A stretch of 64,000 bases of DNA, taken from the NCBI GenBank assembly GCA_010093605.1, contig MU004198.1, positions 994,726 through 1,058,725 of the forward strand, in the 5' to 3' direction. Every line of letters begins with the position of its first letter. Position 1 is the first letter of the stretch. Source of the stretch: Lophium mytilinum (taxonomy: Eukaryota). The position numbers and the translations under genes are program-made. Shown here one piece after another: positions 1 to 11,515 of this stretch. The notes beneath the pieces are model-generated. The model was not told the DNA's origin and made no database searches. It saw nothing but the letters and a program-made list of their open reading frames with translations.

Positions 1-354
1 TATCAACTACTAATTAAACCAATCGGATTAATCTACGCTTGAAATTTCATTAGCTATAAGATTGATCCAATTGGACTAAGTATAAGTGATATTGATAAAC
101 CGTCTGTCAATCCGATTAAGGATTGGCCGGTTTACTAACCACGCTGCCTGCCTGGCAGCGCGGTGTCATAAGAAAACTCAAGATGAAGAGTCCTTTGAGA
201 TGTGATACATCTTCGCTAGATGGTGCAGCGATTGAGTTGTTTTGGGGGTCGGGCTGAGGCGTAGAGCTTAACTCTCGAGGGTCATGTTTCTCACGGCCAG
301 TCATCTCTTTTCGATCCACCACCTTTCCGAATCTTTCTCATCCTAGGATCTCAT

Positions 355-1002
355 TCAAACCCGATCATCTTTCTTGGTACTAGGCCACGGTTTTCCTCCA
401 TCTTTCTCGGCATTAGGCCGCGGAGTTCCTCCATATTTCTCGGCATCAGGCCACGGCGTTCCTCCAGATGCATGACTAGCCCGCCCTCGTGCAACGCGGC
501 GATACGCCTGGAGCGCTAGGTAACTCCCGAAAAAGACCCCAGCGACCAAACCAATCAATATCGACAACGTAAGTGCACTCACGAAGAGAGGCTGAAACCA
601 CGCGGACCAAGAAGCGAAGACATATTCCTGGGATTCGTACATAACGAGTATGACATAGATGCAGAGTAGCGCAAATCCTGTGAGAAAGGCGCCGACATCG
701 TGATGCTCTTCTATCAGCCGGCCGAATTGGTGCACGGCCACAACACCAAAAAATGCAGGCAAAGAAAAGCGAGGAAGAAGGTAATGAAGTAAGGAATGAC
801 CGCTGCAAGGATAAACCAGCAGAGTTGGATGATGGCGCGGACACCCGAAAAGGCTTTCTCGATCGTGGAACCAATCAGGTTTTTGGAGGGCAGGTCGCTG
901 GAAAGAGTCTGACTGGAAAGAGCAGGCTGATTAACAAGATCTGGAGGAGGCTGTAGAGCTGGAGGAGGCCGTAGAGCTGGAGGAGGCTGTGGCGGCGGCA
1001 TC
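355..1002 (-). pseudogene. Small multi-TM membrane protein split across two frames (frameshift near 762, or sequencing error)
   Basis: MPPPQPPP...IPYFITFFLAFL in one frame continues as (L)PAFFGVVAVHQF...GLVAGVFFGSYLAL in the -1 frame at a T-run (761-768). It ends in three 11-aa repeats. Confidence 0.45.
380..470 (-). repeat. 33-bp tandem repeat (~3 copies), coding GG(T/K)P(W/R)PxxxKx
   Basis: AGGCC(A/G)CGG recurs every 33 bp; translates to GGTPWPDAEKY/GGTPRPNAEKD/GGKPWPSTKKD. Confidence 0.8.
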
Positions 1003-1147
1003 TTATGTGGTAGAGACCTTGATAAATAAAATTGATGTTTGGTGATTGGTAATGCGGGGTCTGAGGAATATATGTAGACGAGATCTTCCCCGACCGTAAC
1101 CAGTTTCTCCTCCCGAGGCCGGCAACCCTGCTTCCTGCATGGTGCCG

Positions 1148-1522
1148 TCACTGCTTGGCCCTGCGAACCCAAGAAAACCCCTTTGCTATCGTTGAGGCTG
1201 TTGCGAAAAGTAGTCCTTCGGTCATCGTTATAACGAGGGAGCTATACAGGGAGCTTTTGATGAATGACATAGGCGAGAGAGGCTTATCGGTTTCCAGACA
1301 GACTATGGTGCCAATGAGTTGCAGAGAAAAGGCGAAAATAGCAGCTGCACCATGCGGAACTACTTGTCCGTCGTCTGCTAGCCCGAATTTCTTTGCGATA
1401 TTCTGCGTGCATTTGAAAGCGACATATGTAACGGGAGCGGCGCTGAAGATGAAAACAGTCAGGGTGATGGTTGCTGCGAGGGCTGTAAGAAACGTAGATT
1501 GGAGAAATTCGAGGGCACCCAT
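1148..1522 (-). CDS. Small ~3-TM hypothetical membrane protein, paralog of 1717..2187
   Basis: Three hydrophobic segments; C-terminus FIKSSLYSSLVITMTEGLLFATASTIAKGFSWVRR aligns with the neighbouring gene. Confidence 0.65.
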   Translation of the reverse strand: MGALEFLQSTFLTALAATITLTVFIFSAAPVTYVAFKCTQNIAKKFGLADDGQVVPHGAAAIFAFSLQLIGTIVCLETDKPLSPMSFIKSSLYSSLVITMTEGLLFATASTIAKGFSWVRRAKQ

Positions 1523-1716
1523 TCTGATTGAAGGCAGGGCAGGTATTCGATTATGTTGTGAGTTGCAGCACAAAATTCAAATGCTGGAGGTGAGATATAT
1601 ATTAGCGGGGTTAATGTTGCTCTAGCACAAAATCCAGCCCGTGCCGGTGAGCCTGTTCGAACATCGTTGTCTTTGCTATCCCTGCTCTCAACTACCTAAC
1701 TTCCTACACAGTGCCG

Positions 1717-2187
1717 TCACAGAATGCCCCGGTTGCGAGCCCAACCCAGCCCCTTCGCAATCCCCAAAACCGTAGCAGTAAGAATCCCTTCTGTTAAAGA
1801 TATCACCATGCCGCTCTGGAGTGAGCCTTTGACCCATCCCATAGCGAAGCCAGCCTTGTAGCCATCCGCGTAGCATAATGTAGTTATAAAGTGTACAACG
1901 ATGGCGGATATTCCTAATCCGATCCCACACGCTACTGCTGCGTCGTCTGCCTTCCGCTTATCTTCAGCCTTCGGTTCGGCGCTTGTTTTGAAGACACTTT
2001 CCAGAACTTGAACACACTTCCGGGTGACAGAGGCGACGATAATGCCGGTGGATAGAAAGGCGATGATTGCGCTGGAGACGTATAAGGCGATAATAGGACT
2101 AGACTGGATGATTTCTGAGAGGGGAGGGTCGTCGGCGGTGGAGAGGCCGATTGCGTTTGAATCTGGTAATTTGATAGGAGGAGCCAT
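1717..2187 (-). CDS. Small ~3-TM hypothetical membrane protein, paralog of 1148..1522
   Basis: ATG-started ORF with hydrophobic segments; C-terminus WVKGSLQSGMVISLTEGILTATVLGIAKGLGWARN. Confidence 0.65.
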   Translation of the reverse strand: MAPPIKLPDSNAIGLSTADDPPLSEIIQSSPIIALYVSSAIIAFLSTGIIVASVTRKCVQVLESVFKTSAEPKAEDKRKADDAAVACGIGLGISAIVVHFITTLCYADGYKAGFAMGWVKGSLQSGMVISLTEGILTATVLGIAKGLGWARNRGIL

Positions 2188-3804
2188 GTTTGAAGGCTTG
2201 GAAATGGCGATTGGAACTGGACTGCTATGGGAAACCTTGGCTGATACTTATGGGAGTGGGGTTTCCGGTGAGAAATGCCGGCTGATGTCACTAGCAGGCG
2301 ACCCCTGATGCCCTACCTCTTGTCTCCCCATTTGCGGGCGCTTGGGCCTGAGTATGCTTACCTTTCCAGCTCGCTTGCCTTTTTCCTATTCGAGGAAAGA
2401 AATAAGGTAGAATTTTTCTTAGTTGTCGTCATCAAGATCCACAGCACTTGCAATCAGCTAACGCTATCTCGATATTCTGAAATATGATCCAAGAGAGTGT
2501 ACGTAAATGAGGTTGAGTTAAAGTTACCTGGTGAAAGAAAAACTCTTGGCGCGGCTGATCTAGGTTTAGCGCTGCATACAAAATAATGCTGCTTATCACG
2601 CTAAGTGCCGTCATTTGCTTCGAAACACCTTGCATCAATCATCAATATCGGCATCCATCACGAACTCTTAATTCCGTTTCATTCATCTACGGAAGCCGGT
2701 TCGAACTAGTCTGAAAATGTCAAAAGCATAGCGAAAGCAATAATTCTGCGCTTCATTAACGTTTCTACACATGTAGAATATAACTATTCTACTAAAGCTC
2801 ATCAGACGCCATACAGTAAAGAGGCGCAATTTTAGCTAACTACGTGAATACTAGACATAACTTTGAGAATTAGCTAAGTTTTTAGTTTCTTTGGAGTCTT
2901 TAAGAGCGCAGTGACTCGGGGATTGCTGTCTGCCTCATTTTGCGGAGAACTATCGCGAGTACCATGACTATCAATCGTATGCGAAGCTTAAAAAGATTCG
3001 TCGTCAGATTGAGGGTGAGCTGAATTTGGAATCTTATTCGATGATGCACACGAACCATATTATAAAGGCTGTGGAGCACGAAAGGCTCAGTTTGATCCAA
3101 GCCGTCATCCTAAACTCTCCGGGTGGTTCTATGATCCTACAAACCCCGCGCCATGCTATGTCAACGTTACTAATCTACGAATGATAGGCGCACATTTCTG
3201 AGGTCCGTATCTCCTAAAGTCATGCGTGGCATCGTGGGAAAGTTACGCGCAAACTACACTACGCGACTGAAAGTACAACGCTGACTAAGGGTGAAGATAG
3301 CATCTAGGATCAAAGATGACATGGCGTCCGAAATCCTTGAGCAACTAGAGGAATGAAAATAAGCGTTATTCTCGAACTGCTGTACCAGGCGCGGACTTCG
3401 TTGCACGATCTTGGTGCATGTTGCGAATGATTTTACAGCAGTGGTGTTACCGAAGTACCTTCACTTTTACTCGAATGTCGTAAACGTATAGTCTTCAAAC
3501 ATCGCTATGGCGACAGGAAGGGTGGTCGTTTGCGACATCAACGTGTCTGAAGATTATGGTCGCTCCCCGTTCGTTGCACAAGTCAACAGTTTGCCAGCCA
3601 TTCATCGTTGGCTGGCACGCTGTCAATCAGCTCCTTCACATTACTACTTAACATCGCTATTAAAGCGTTCGGAACCTGCGCCATATGTCTTTCCATAGAT
3701 ATAGCACTAATTTATCATTTCAAGCAGACTGTTCCTGCTCAAATCGCATTCTTTATACACCACTTATACAAAACCACCTTGACATATACTTTCGCAGGTC
3801 GAAA

Positions 3805-6510
3805 ATGTCTTCCAGGTTCAGCAAGCGCCTCTCCACGTCGACCGTGGGCTCCAAGTCCACAACTGACTCTAAGTCACCCAAGTCACCACGCAGTCCACGA
3901 GAGGGTCGTTCCACCGGATCTTCCACACCAAAGCCACATCCGACCTTCCTGAAGCGCATGAGTGGTTTCCTTCCATCGATGCCAGCTTTCTTCAAGACTG
4001 CACGTCGGCCAAGATCAGCCCCTGAGCTCAGAAGACGCCCTGTTCTGGAGCTAACATCCCCGACGGAGGCCAGCAACATTCTATCCTACCACCCGGGAAG
4101 CGCGACAGTTCCCGTACTCTCTTCCAGGGCTGTGCAGCGAAGAGACGGATACTATTACTTCCCTGAGTACAAACCCAACACATCGCAATCCCTCTTTTCG
4201 GACCCGTGCCCAACCTTCGAGAAGCTAACGCATAGTCGCCCATCAAGCAAAGGGCCGTCGGAAGCCAATCGTGATCATTCCCGCGGGTCCAGTCCAACCG
4301 AGGGTTACGCACGCGGCCCGAATCTAACTATCCCACGACTACTCACCCCCGTCCGAGAAAGACACACACCACCCTCCGCCGATCCCCATACTCCCACCCG
4401 CCCCGGCCACCCTCCCAGTACCCCCAGAACCCTTAGATACAATCCCACCACCCGCCTCCTAACCGGCCGTCCACCTTCACGCGGCAAACGCATCCCCTCC
4501 CCTCCCTCTTCCCCCAATAAGACCCCCAGACCACCACTCCACCACATCCATGGCCTCCCCCACGCTTCCCAACACCCCTACATCCGCCACCGCGACCTCC
4601 CTTACTACCAATCCCAGCCCCATCAACAACGCCCGGTAACCGCGAACCCCCCGGGATGGAGCGAAACAGTCTACTACCCCCCGTACCACTCGATCCCACC
4701 GCCTCCACGCCCCACGAATCCCGTACTCCGGACCCCACTCAGCGGAAACCGCACGCACGTCGCGTTCGAAGAGCGGACTTTCGGCACGCTCGGAAATCTG
4801 GTCGAAGAGAGCGACTCCAGCACGACGGCGTCGTCGACGTCTACGGCGCGGGCGGGGGGTTTACGGTTGGAGCTGCGAGGGGGAGGAGCGGCGGGGGGGT
4901 TCCAGTGGCCGGTGGGGAAGATGCCGACGATGAGGGGGGGCGGGGGAGGGGGAAATGTGAGGATTCCCGGGAGTTTGTGGTGGATGGCGGGAGGGAGGGG
5001 GAGGGCGGGGACGGGGGAGGGGTGGAGGGCGCAGAAGGAGAAGGGAATGCCGTGGTTGTTTCTTGGGGGGATTTTGGAGAGGAAGGGAAAAGGGGGAAAG
5101 GGGTTGGCGATGGCAGGGAATGAAGGGAAAAGGGTGGAGGAGGAAATCGTGCTGTTGAAGGAGGGAGGGGCTGCTGCTGGAGATGGAGAGGTTGTGGATG
5201 AGCTTGCTCTTGGACTTAATTATGCTCGGCCTGTGGATACTCCGGTTCCAGGCCCTGGTAACAGCAATGTCGATAAGACTCCGTCGCCGCCAAGGAGTCT
5301 TGCTGCTGGATCTGCCGCTAATATGGCGGCTGCTGGATCGCCACCGAGGAGCAACGCTGGTGTAAATCCCTCGCTACCGAGAAGTGAGGCGGCTGAGAAC
5401 ACATCTCCACCGAAAAGCAATGCCGGTGTAAATCCGTCACCACCGAGAAGTAAGGCAGCTGAGAATGCAACTCCACCGAGGAGCAACGTCGGCGTAAACT
5501 CCTCACCGCCTAGGAGTAATGCAGGTGGAGCAGCAAATCCTTCGCCACCTAGAAGCGATGCGAGGGCGAATACTCCACCACCCAGGAGCAATGCCTCTGA
5601 AGTTGCCGCTAATAAAGCAGGTGTAAATTTCTCGTCACCAAGAAGTACTGCGGCAGCGAATCCCTCGCCTCCTAGGAGTAATGCAGGTGGAGTAGCGAAT
5701 GCCTCACCATCGAGATGTAGTGCGCATGCGAATGCTACACCACCTAGGAGCATTGCTTCTGGAGTTGCTGGTAAGAAGGCAACTCCGACTGGCTCACCTG
5801 CGAGAAGTAATGCTGCTCCAAATCCTTCCCCATCGAGAAGTAATGTAGCTTCCAACCACTCGCCACCTAGGAGTAATACAGCGGTAAATCCCTCCCCACC
5901 AAGAAGTAACGCACCTGCCGATACACCACCTCCTAGAAGCACTGCCGGAGCTGAAAACACCTCTCCACCCAGAAGCAACGCACCCGCACACCCCTCACCA
6001 CCTCGAAGCACCACTACTGCGAAGCTCTCTCCACCACGAAGCGAAGCCTCTGGAGTCGCTCGTTCGATCGCCGCGCCCGCAGATCTACACACACCAGCAG
6101 CTGAGAACGCGACGTCCCAAAAAGCCGCTTCGGACGCAAGCAGCTTGACGCCCTCGGACAGCATCTCCAACGTCGGTACCAAGCCGCACGGGAGCGCTGT
6201 GGGAGGGTCTAACGCAACTAACGCCGATGCGCGCTCGAAAGTCTCTGCTACAACGGAGACGAAGGCCCAATTCGGGGGGCTGGCGACCGCTGCAGAAGCT
6301 GGCTCTAATGCAGGAGCTGGTTCTGCTGCGGGGAGCATGAAGTCCCCAAGTGGTGCTCCAGGTGCGGTGAATGGTGAAGCGACAGGTAGTGGTAGTAAAG
6401 CGGGAAGCGCCACGGCGAAGAGTAGGGCGTCTAATGCGGGGGTGGCGGTTACACCGGCAGGTGAGTCCGCTCTAGAGAGCTGTGATAAAGTTGCTGACCA
6501 TGGTAGATAA
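3805..6510 (+). CDS. Low-complexity Ser/Pro/Ala-rich protein (~900 aa) with about 21 SPPRS-type repeats
   Basis: Long open frame; likely start AAAATGTCT at 3805. Repeat units vary at synonymous positions in this frame. Confidence 0.8.
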   Translation: MSSRFSKRLSTSTVGSKSTTDSKSPKSPRSPREGRSTGSSTPKPHPTFLKRMSGFLPSMPAFFKTARRPRSAPELRRRPVLELTSPTEASNILSYHPGSATVPVLSSRAVQRRDGYYYFPEYKPNTSQSLFSDPCPTFEKLTHSRPSSKGPSEANRDHSRGSSPTEGYARGPNLTIPRLLTPVRERHTPPSADPHTPTRPGHPPSTPRTLRYNPTTRLLTGRPPSRGKRIPSPPSSPNKTPRPPLHHIHGLPHASQHPYIRHRDLPYYQSQPHQQRPVTANPPGWSETVYYPPYHSIPPPPRPTNPVLRTPLSGNRTHVAFEERTFGTLGNLVEESDSSTTASSTSTARAGGLRLELRGGGAAGGFQWPVGKMPTMRGGGGGGNVRIPGSLWWMAGGRGRAGTGEGWRAQKEKGMPWLFLGGILERKGKGGKGLAMAGNEGKRVEEEIVLLKEGGAAAGDGEVVDELALGLNYARPVDTPVPGPGNSNVDKTPSPPRSLAAGSAANMAAAGSPPRSNAGVNPSLPRSEAAENTSPPKSNAGVNPSPPRSKAAENATPPRSNVGVNSSPPRSNAGGAANPSPPRSDARANTPPPRSNASEVAANKAGVNFSSPRSTAAANPSPPRSNAGGVANASPSRCSAHANATPPRSIASGVAGKKATPTGSPARSNAAPNPSPSRSNVASNHSPPRSNTAVNPSPPRSNAPADTPPPRSTAGAENTSPPRSNAPAHPSPPRSTTTAKLSPPRSEASGVARSIAAPADLHTPAAENATSQKAASDASSLTPSDSISNVGTKPHGSAVGGSNATNADARSKVSATTETKAQFGGLATAAEAGSNAGAGSAAGSMKSPSGAPGAVNGEATGSGSKAGSATAKSRASNAGVAVTPAGESALESCDKVADHGR
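5278..6050 (+). repeat. Degenerate coding repeat, ~36-bp (12-aa) units NPSPPRSNAxxx
   Basis: About 21 [S/T/P]PxRS units counted in the translation. Confidence 0.9.
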
Positions 6511-6825
6511 AGCTTCAGGCTGAGATTTCGAGACCAGACACTGAATGGGGTTCGTCGAGTGGTACTAACGTGGGTAGCGGAACGTCGAGTGGGGCGACTA
6601 GGTATACGATTACCGGATTTTTGTGAGATTAGTAGATGAGCCGAAGTTTGGTAACTCGGGTGAATGTAGAGTTCAAAAGTCAGCAGTAGATGACGTAGAC
6701 GGATAGAGTTTACGGCAATTTCCAATCATACAGCGAGCGAGTAATCTTCTCTTGTTTCAACAAAGTACAAGGGAGGGAGCAACAACACCAACTGGCTTTC
6801 ATTCACTTTTATTTCGGCCGGGTAT

Positions 6826-8432
6826 CTACACACTGATAGTCTTGAACACCCTAGAAGCCAGTTAGCCAAACCCAATCAATAGATAGACCAGAATTTCACA
6901 AAACTTACCCAAACCCACTTCCTCCTGTCGCCATTACCATTCCCGGTATTTGTGGATGCCAATGCGCCTCTTTTACCTGATCCATGTAATGCACGAACAA
7001 CAGCTGTGGCGGAACATCCTGTACCCCGGCCGTATCCCTGCTCTCCTCGTCGTCCAACTCAACCGCGAGATCCCATAGCGTGAGCGTGTTGTCGCCCGCG
7101 CATACAAGCACAATACTATCGTCGGTTGGATGCCACTCGACGCTCGTAATCTGCTCTTTGTGGAAGTTGAACGAAGCCACGGGGGTCGGGCGCGCAGGGG
7201 CAGCGGATTTGCTGCTTGGTTTCCAGGATCGCAGGTCCCAAACAGCCCACTGCCCGTCGTCTGCCCCTGAGGCGAGGAGATGACTAGTCTGATGCGACCA
7301 TGATAGCACGTTGACGTCTGTGGTCGAGACCTGCATGCTGACAGCCGGCTTGCGACTCTTTGACCGCGCATCCCATATCCTGACGGTGCCATCGTTGCCG
7401 GCGGACGCGAAGACGTGATTCTCGGAAGGTGACCACTGTAGCTCTTCTACTGTGCCACTGTGGCCAGTGAACGGGTTCGTGTCGGTGACGAAGCCGCCCC
7501 CTTGTGTTCGTGTTGTCGTGAATATTTTGCCGTCGACGTCGCCGGTGATGAGCTTGCCTTCTGGTATCTTGGGCGACCAATCTACAGCGTACCCTTCTAC
7601 CTTCTTATGTGCTGTTATTGTGTGGGCAGGCTTATTTTGCGCAGGGGTGATGAATGCGCCAGGGGTGTCGAAGGCGGAGAGGTGTGGTGTTATGTCGTGG
7701 ATCAGCACTTGTCCGGACTCTGTCATTGACGCTGTTAGAGTTGTAGGAGGGGCAGCGGAGGTTGCTTGGGGTGATTGATGCGACCGGATGCGATTGGTGC
7801 AGGTGTTGAGTGGGATTGCTTTTGTCTCGAGGATTGGGTCGGAAGAGTCGTCGTCGGAATCGTCGTCTGAATCGTCCTCTTGCTCGCGCTCCATACGGCT
7901 CAGACTGCTCAACTTCATTACCATGAGCTGGTTCTCCTTATCCCGCCCTGACGCGGCTTGTGTTCCAGCAACAGCATAGACAGTAGCTGGGTATGACTTG
8001 CGGTCGGAGCCCAGCTGGTCGCCCACAATATCGCATGAGAGGCATGGCCAGGGAGACTCAAGCGCGTGTAGCATTTCGTAGGCGGAGAAGTCGGGTGCAA
8101 GTGTTTCGCCAGCTGATAGCTTGTTGCGGCCGGGCATAAAGGTTCCTTGGTCAACTTCCATGGCATCTAGAGAGTACCGAATTAGCTACTGTAGATTATG
8201 ATCAGTCGGGCGGGGAGTCTCACTAACCTTCGCGCTCATCTGCCTCCCGCTCTTCATCCGGCCGGCCGTCTACGCCAGCCTCGAATATCTCGTCCTCATC
8301 CTCGCTCTCGAACTCATCCTCGAACTCATCCTCAAATTCGCCAACGTCGTCTTGGTCGTATTTGACGGGCCGGTCGCCGGATTTTAGTGTTTCAGTCTCA
8401 TTCTCTGAGGCCTCGGCGCGTCGTTTGCTCAT
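6826..8432 (-). CDS. RRB1: Ribosome assembly WD40 protein Rrb1/GRWD1; exons 8432-8228, 8166-6909, 6850-6826
   Basis: Acidic N-terminus, YEMLH...WPCLS motif, WD repeats (SVEWHP, LTLWDLAVELD, PPQLLFVH) and C-terminal GFGVFKTISV after in-phase splicing. Confidence 0.93.
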
Positions 8433-8888
8433 TCTTCCTTGGATTCCTGCTCTTTCTAGGGTGAGGTTGTGTGGGATGGAATTGCAGATCGGTGGTGGGG
8501 AAATTATATTTCGACGAGGGAAACTTTTTGCTGGTGACGAAGTGTCACGTGCCCGATCTCGCACCGCTGTTCCGCCCCTCGATCCCTTGGCTCGAGTCTC
8601 TCGCTGCCCAAAGCATCCAAATATCAACACCAGGGTATAATTCATCGGTTGCGCATTGCTTTCCTCCTACACGCGCCCTCTTCCCCGTCGCGCGCAGGAC
8701 TATGCTCTGCGGCCTTCTCAACACGACCTGCAGGTCTTGACGCGTCTGTTACTCTGTCATCGTCACCGAGCGAGGGAGGCTTCAGCGGCTACACCACTCA
8801 CCCCCGATCCCACCGCCTTCTCCCCTCTAGCGCATTCTCTCTACAACACCCTTAATCCTCCATTGCTCTAAGCGATACCGCTATCGCT

Positions 8889-10073
8889 ATGGAGACCCAC
8901 GGCGACCCAATGGTCACGGAGCCACAAGGCGACACGGCGATGGAAGGCCAGGAGCCAACCGTCGGCCAGAAACACACCTTCATGGGAAATCAAGCCGACC
9001 AGACTATGGTCGGAGATGACACCACAATCACCGCGTCGACCGTGCAGGAACTGCCTCAGGTGCACAATAACGGCTTCAGTACCAGCCAGCAGAGCGACTA
9101 CCGCCCGCAAACCTCATACTCAGACACTGGCTTCTCCCGTCCTGGCCTTCACGGCTCGCACTCAGAGGAGGCCCAGCCGCACAAACCTGCCTTTTACCCA
9201 CAATCGGACGCAGACACTCCGCCGCGATATGGCTACAATAACGGCCAGCAGATGGGACAATCCATCTCGCGTCCAGGCTCGGGGTTAGCCCAGCCTAGGT
9301 ACCCAATCTCAGAGGGCGGAAGCCGGTCCGTGACATATCAAGAGCAAAACCAGCGGACATCTTCACAACCACAATCTGAAGCCGCGACCAAGAACACCAG
9401 CGTTGTCATAAAAGTGGGCATGGTCGGGGACGCGCAAATTGGGAAGACTAGTCTGATGGTCAAATACGTCGAGGGCAGCTGGGATGAGGATTATATTCAG
9501 ACGCTGGGTGTCAACTTTATGGAGAAGACCATCTCGATCCGGAACACGGAAATCACGTTTTCCATCTGGGATTTGGGCGGCCAGCGCGAGTTCGTCAACA
9601 TGCTTCCGCTGGTGTGCAATGACGCCGTTGCTATCTTGTTCATGTTCGACTTGACGAGGAAGAGCACCCTCAATTCTATCAAGGAGTGGTATAGGCAGGG
9701 CAGGGGCTTCAACAAGACTGCTATTCCTTTCCTAGTGGGAACTAAGTACGACCACTTTGTGAATTTCCCGCGGGAAGAGCAAGAGGAAATCTCTAATCAG
9801 GTATTTTGACCTGCTCTAAACTACTGGTATTTTGCTAATGAATCCAGGCGAAACGCTTTGCTAAGGCAATGAAGGCCAGCCTGATCTTCAGCAGCACGAG
9901 TCACAGCATCAACGTCCAGAAGGTAAGACACGGGGCTTCACTTGAATTTATCTCCGTTACTAATATGAATCCAGATCTTCAAGATCGTGCTATCAAAGGC
10001 ATTCGATCTCCGATGCACGATTCCAGAGATAGAGCACATAGGAGAACCACTCCTGCTCTACCAGTCTGTCTAG
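8889..10073 (+). CDS. TEM1: Septum-initiation/mitotic-exit small GTPase Tem1/Spg1; exons 8889-9800, 9848-9922, 9975-10073
   Basis: [47 protein letters not shown]; spliced C-terminus [12 protein letters not shown]. Confidence 0.95.
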
Positions 10074-10852
10074 AAGCGAAAAGTCTGTGAATCAAGCTGA
10101 TGTATCAAAGGAATCTGGATGATGGCGTGACGACTGAACGAGGACTCGCAAGCTACCGCAGCCGAAAAGGACGCTGGCACGTGGGAACGCGAGCATGAAT
10201 GTAGTCTGCATGACTTGGGCGACTGGAGCATTACAATGATGGATCTCATTATCCTTGGGGGCTTTCTGCAAAGGAAAATCGGAGTTGAGATGACTTGGAT
10301 TCATGGGCTGGGGTGCGGTTTGTATCCTAGTAATGATTCTAGCTTGATTGAGTGCTGGAAAGCACTCATCGTTCTGTATTAAGAGAAATCCAGGAGATTT
10401 TAGTGCTGAACGATTCTCAAAGAGCTTCAAGCGGGAAGCTCCCTCGTGTACAATTGCATTTCGGTAACGCTGCTGTTGTGGTGATTCCATGTGTTGGCCG
10501 GCAAGGCCGTCTGAGGGCGCTTGAAAAATGTACAGATTCTTTAGAGTACTGACCTTCCGCCTAAGAGATCGGTCATCTGCCATTTACAGAGATAGTAATG
10601 CACAGTAATTTTTAGAAAATTACAAGGTCGTGAGCCCCTCTTCAATTGAGGTTGCTGCCCAGGAGGCAAGTTTACCCGACCCGGTCGCTCGACGTCAACC
10701 TCAAGAAAATTCCAGACAACGACATCACCTCCCAATCTCACAACCCCCAAATGGACCTTGAACGTATATTGTTAAACGAACAATCCAAAGCCTAAACACA
10801 GACCTAAATATCTCGCCAATTCCTACATCAAACCGCACTACCAACAACAACC

Positions 10853-11515
10853 ATGTCCGCTTCCCCCCTCGTCGACTTCGCCCTGCCAGGCCAACCCCTC
10901 GGCCCAACCTCAAAATACGCACCCGGCCCCGGCACCCACATCTACGAGTCCGTAATCCACGCCTCGATCTCCGGCCCAGTCGTCTCTACCCATGTTCCAC
11001 CCACATCCACAAACACAAACAAATCCTCAAAGCCACTACCAACCCTCTCCATAACCCGCAACCCACCCCCCACCTCCTCCTCCTTCCTCCGCGGCGGTGC
11101 CTCCGTCCTCCCCGAAGTCGACAGCATAGTCCTCTGCCGCATCACACGCCTCGGCGCGCGCTTCGCCTCCGCGGAAATCCTAGTCGTGGGCGAGCTGGTC
11201 TGCCGAGAGCCGTTCTCGGGGATGATCCGGCGGGAGGACGTGCGGGCGACGGAGAAAGATAGGGTCGTGATACGGGAGATGTTCAGGGTTGGTGATGTAG
11301 TGCGCGGGGTTGTTTTGAGCCTGGGGGATCAGAGTAATTACTATATCAGCACGGCGAAGAATGAGTACGGGGTGGTGATGGCGTGGGCGCATGTAGAGGC
11401 GGGAGAGGGGGCGGGGGGTGCGGCGAAGAGGGCGATGTATCCGGTTAGTTGGAAGGAGGTGAGGGATCCGGTCACGGGGGTGGTGGAGGGGAGGAAGGTT
11501 GCAAAACCGTTTTGA
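10853..11515 (+). CDS. CSL4: Exosome complex S1-domain subunit Csl4
   Basis: LPGQPLG...PGPGTH, LPEVDSIVLCRITR, IRREDVRATEKD, FRVGDVVRGVVLSLGD, C-terminal RKVAKPF. Confidence 0.93.
   Translation: MSASPLVDFALPGQPLGPTSKYAPGPGTHIYESVIHASISGPVVSTHVPPTSTNTNKSSKPLPTLSITRNPPPTSSSFLRGGASVLPEVDSIVLCRITRLGARFASAEILVVGELVCREPFSGMIRREDVRATEKDRVVIREMFRVGDVVRGVVLSLGDQSNYYISTAKNEYGVVMAWAHVEAGEGAGGAAKRAMYPVSWKEVRDPVTGVVEGRKVAKPF

Noticed and set aside
5220..6725. 501-aa antisense ORF with LLLGG repeats
   Set aside because: In-register shadow of the SPPRS repeat gene on the + strand; no independent evidence of coding.
8889..9400. Long N-terminal extension on Tem1/Spg1
   Set aside because: Disordered extensions are ordinary for this GTPase in filamentous ascomycetes.
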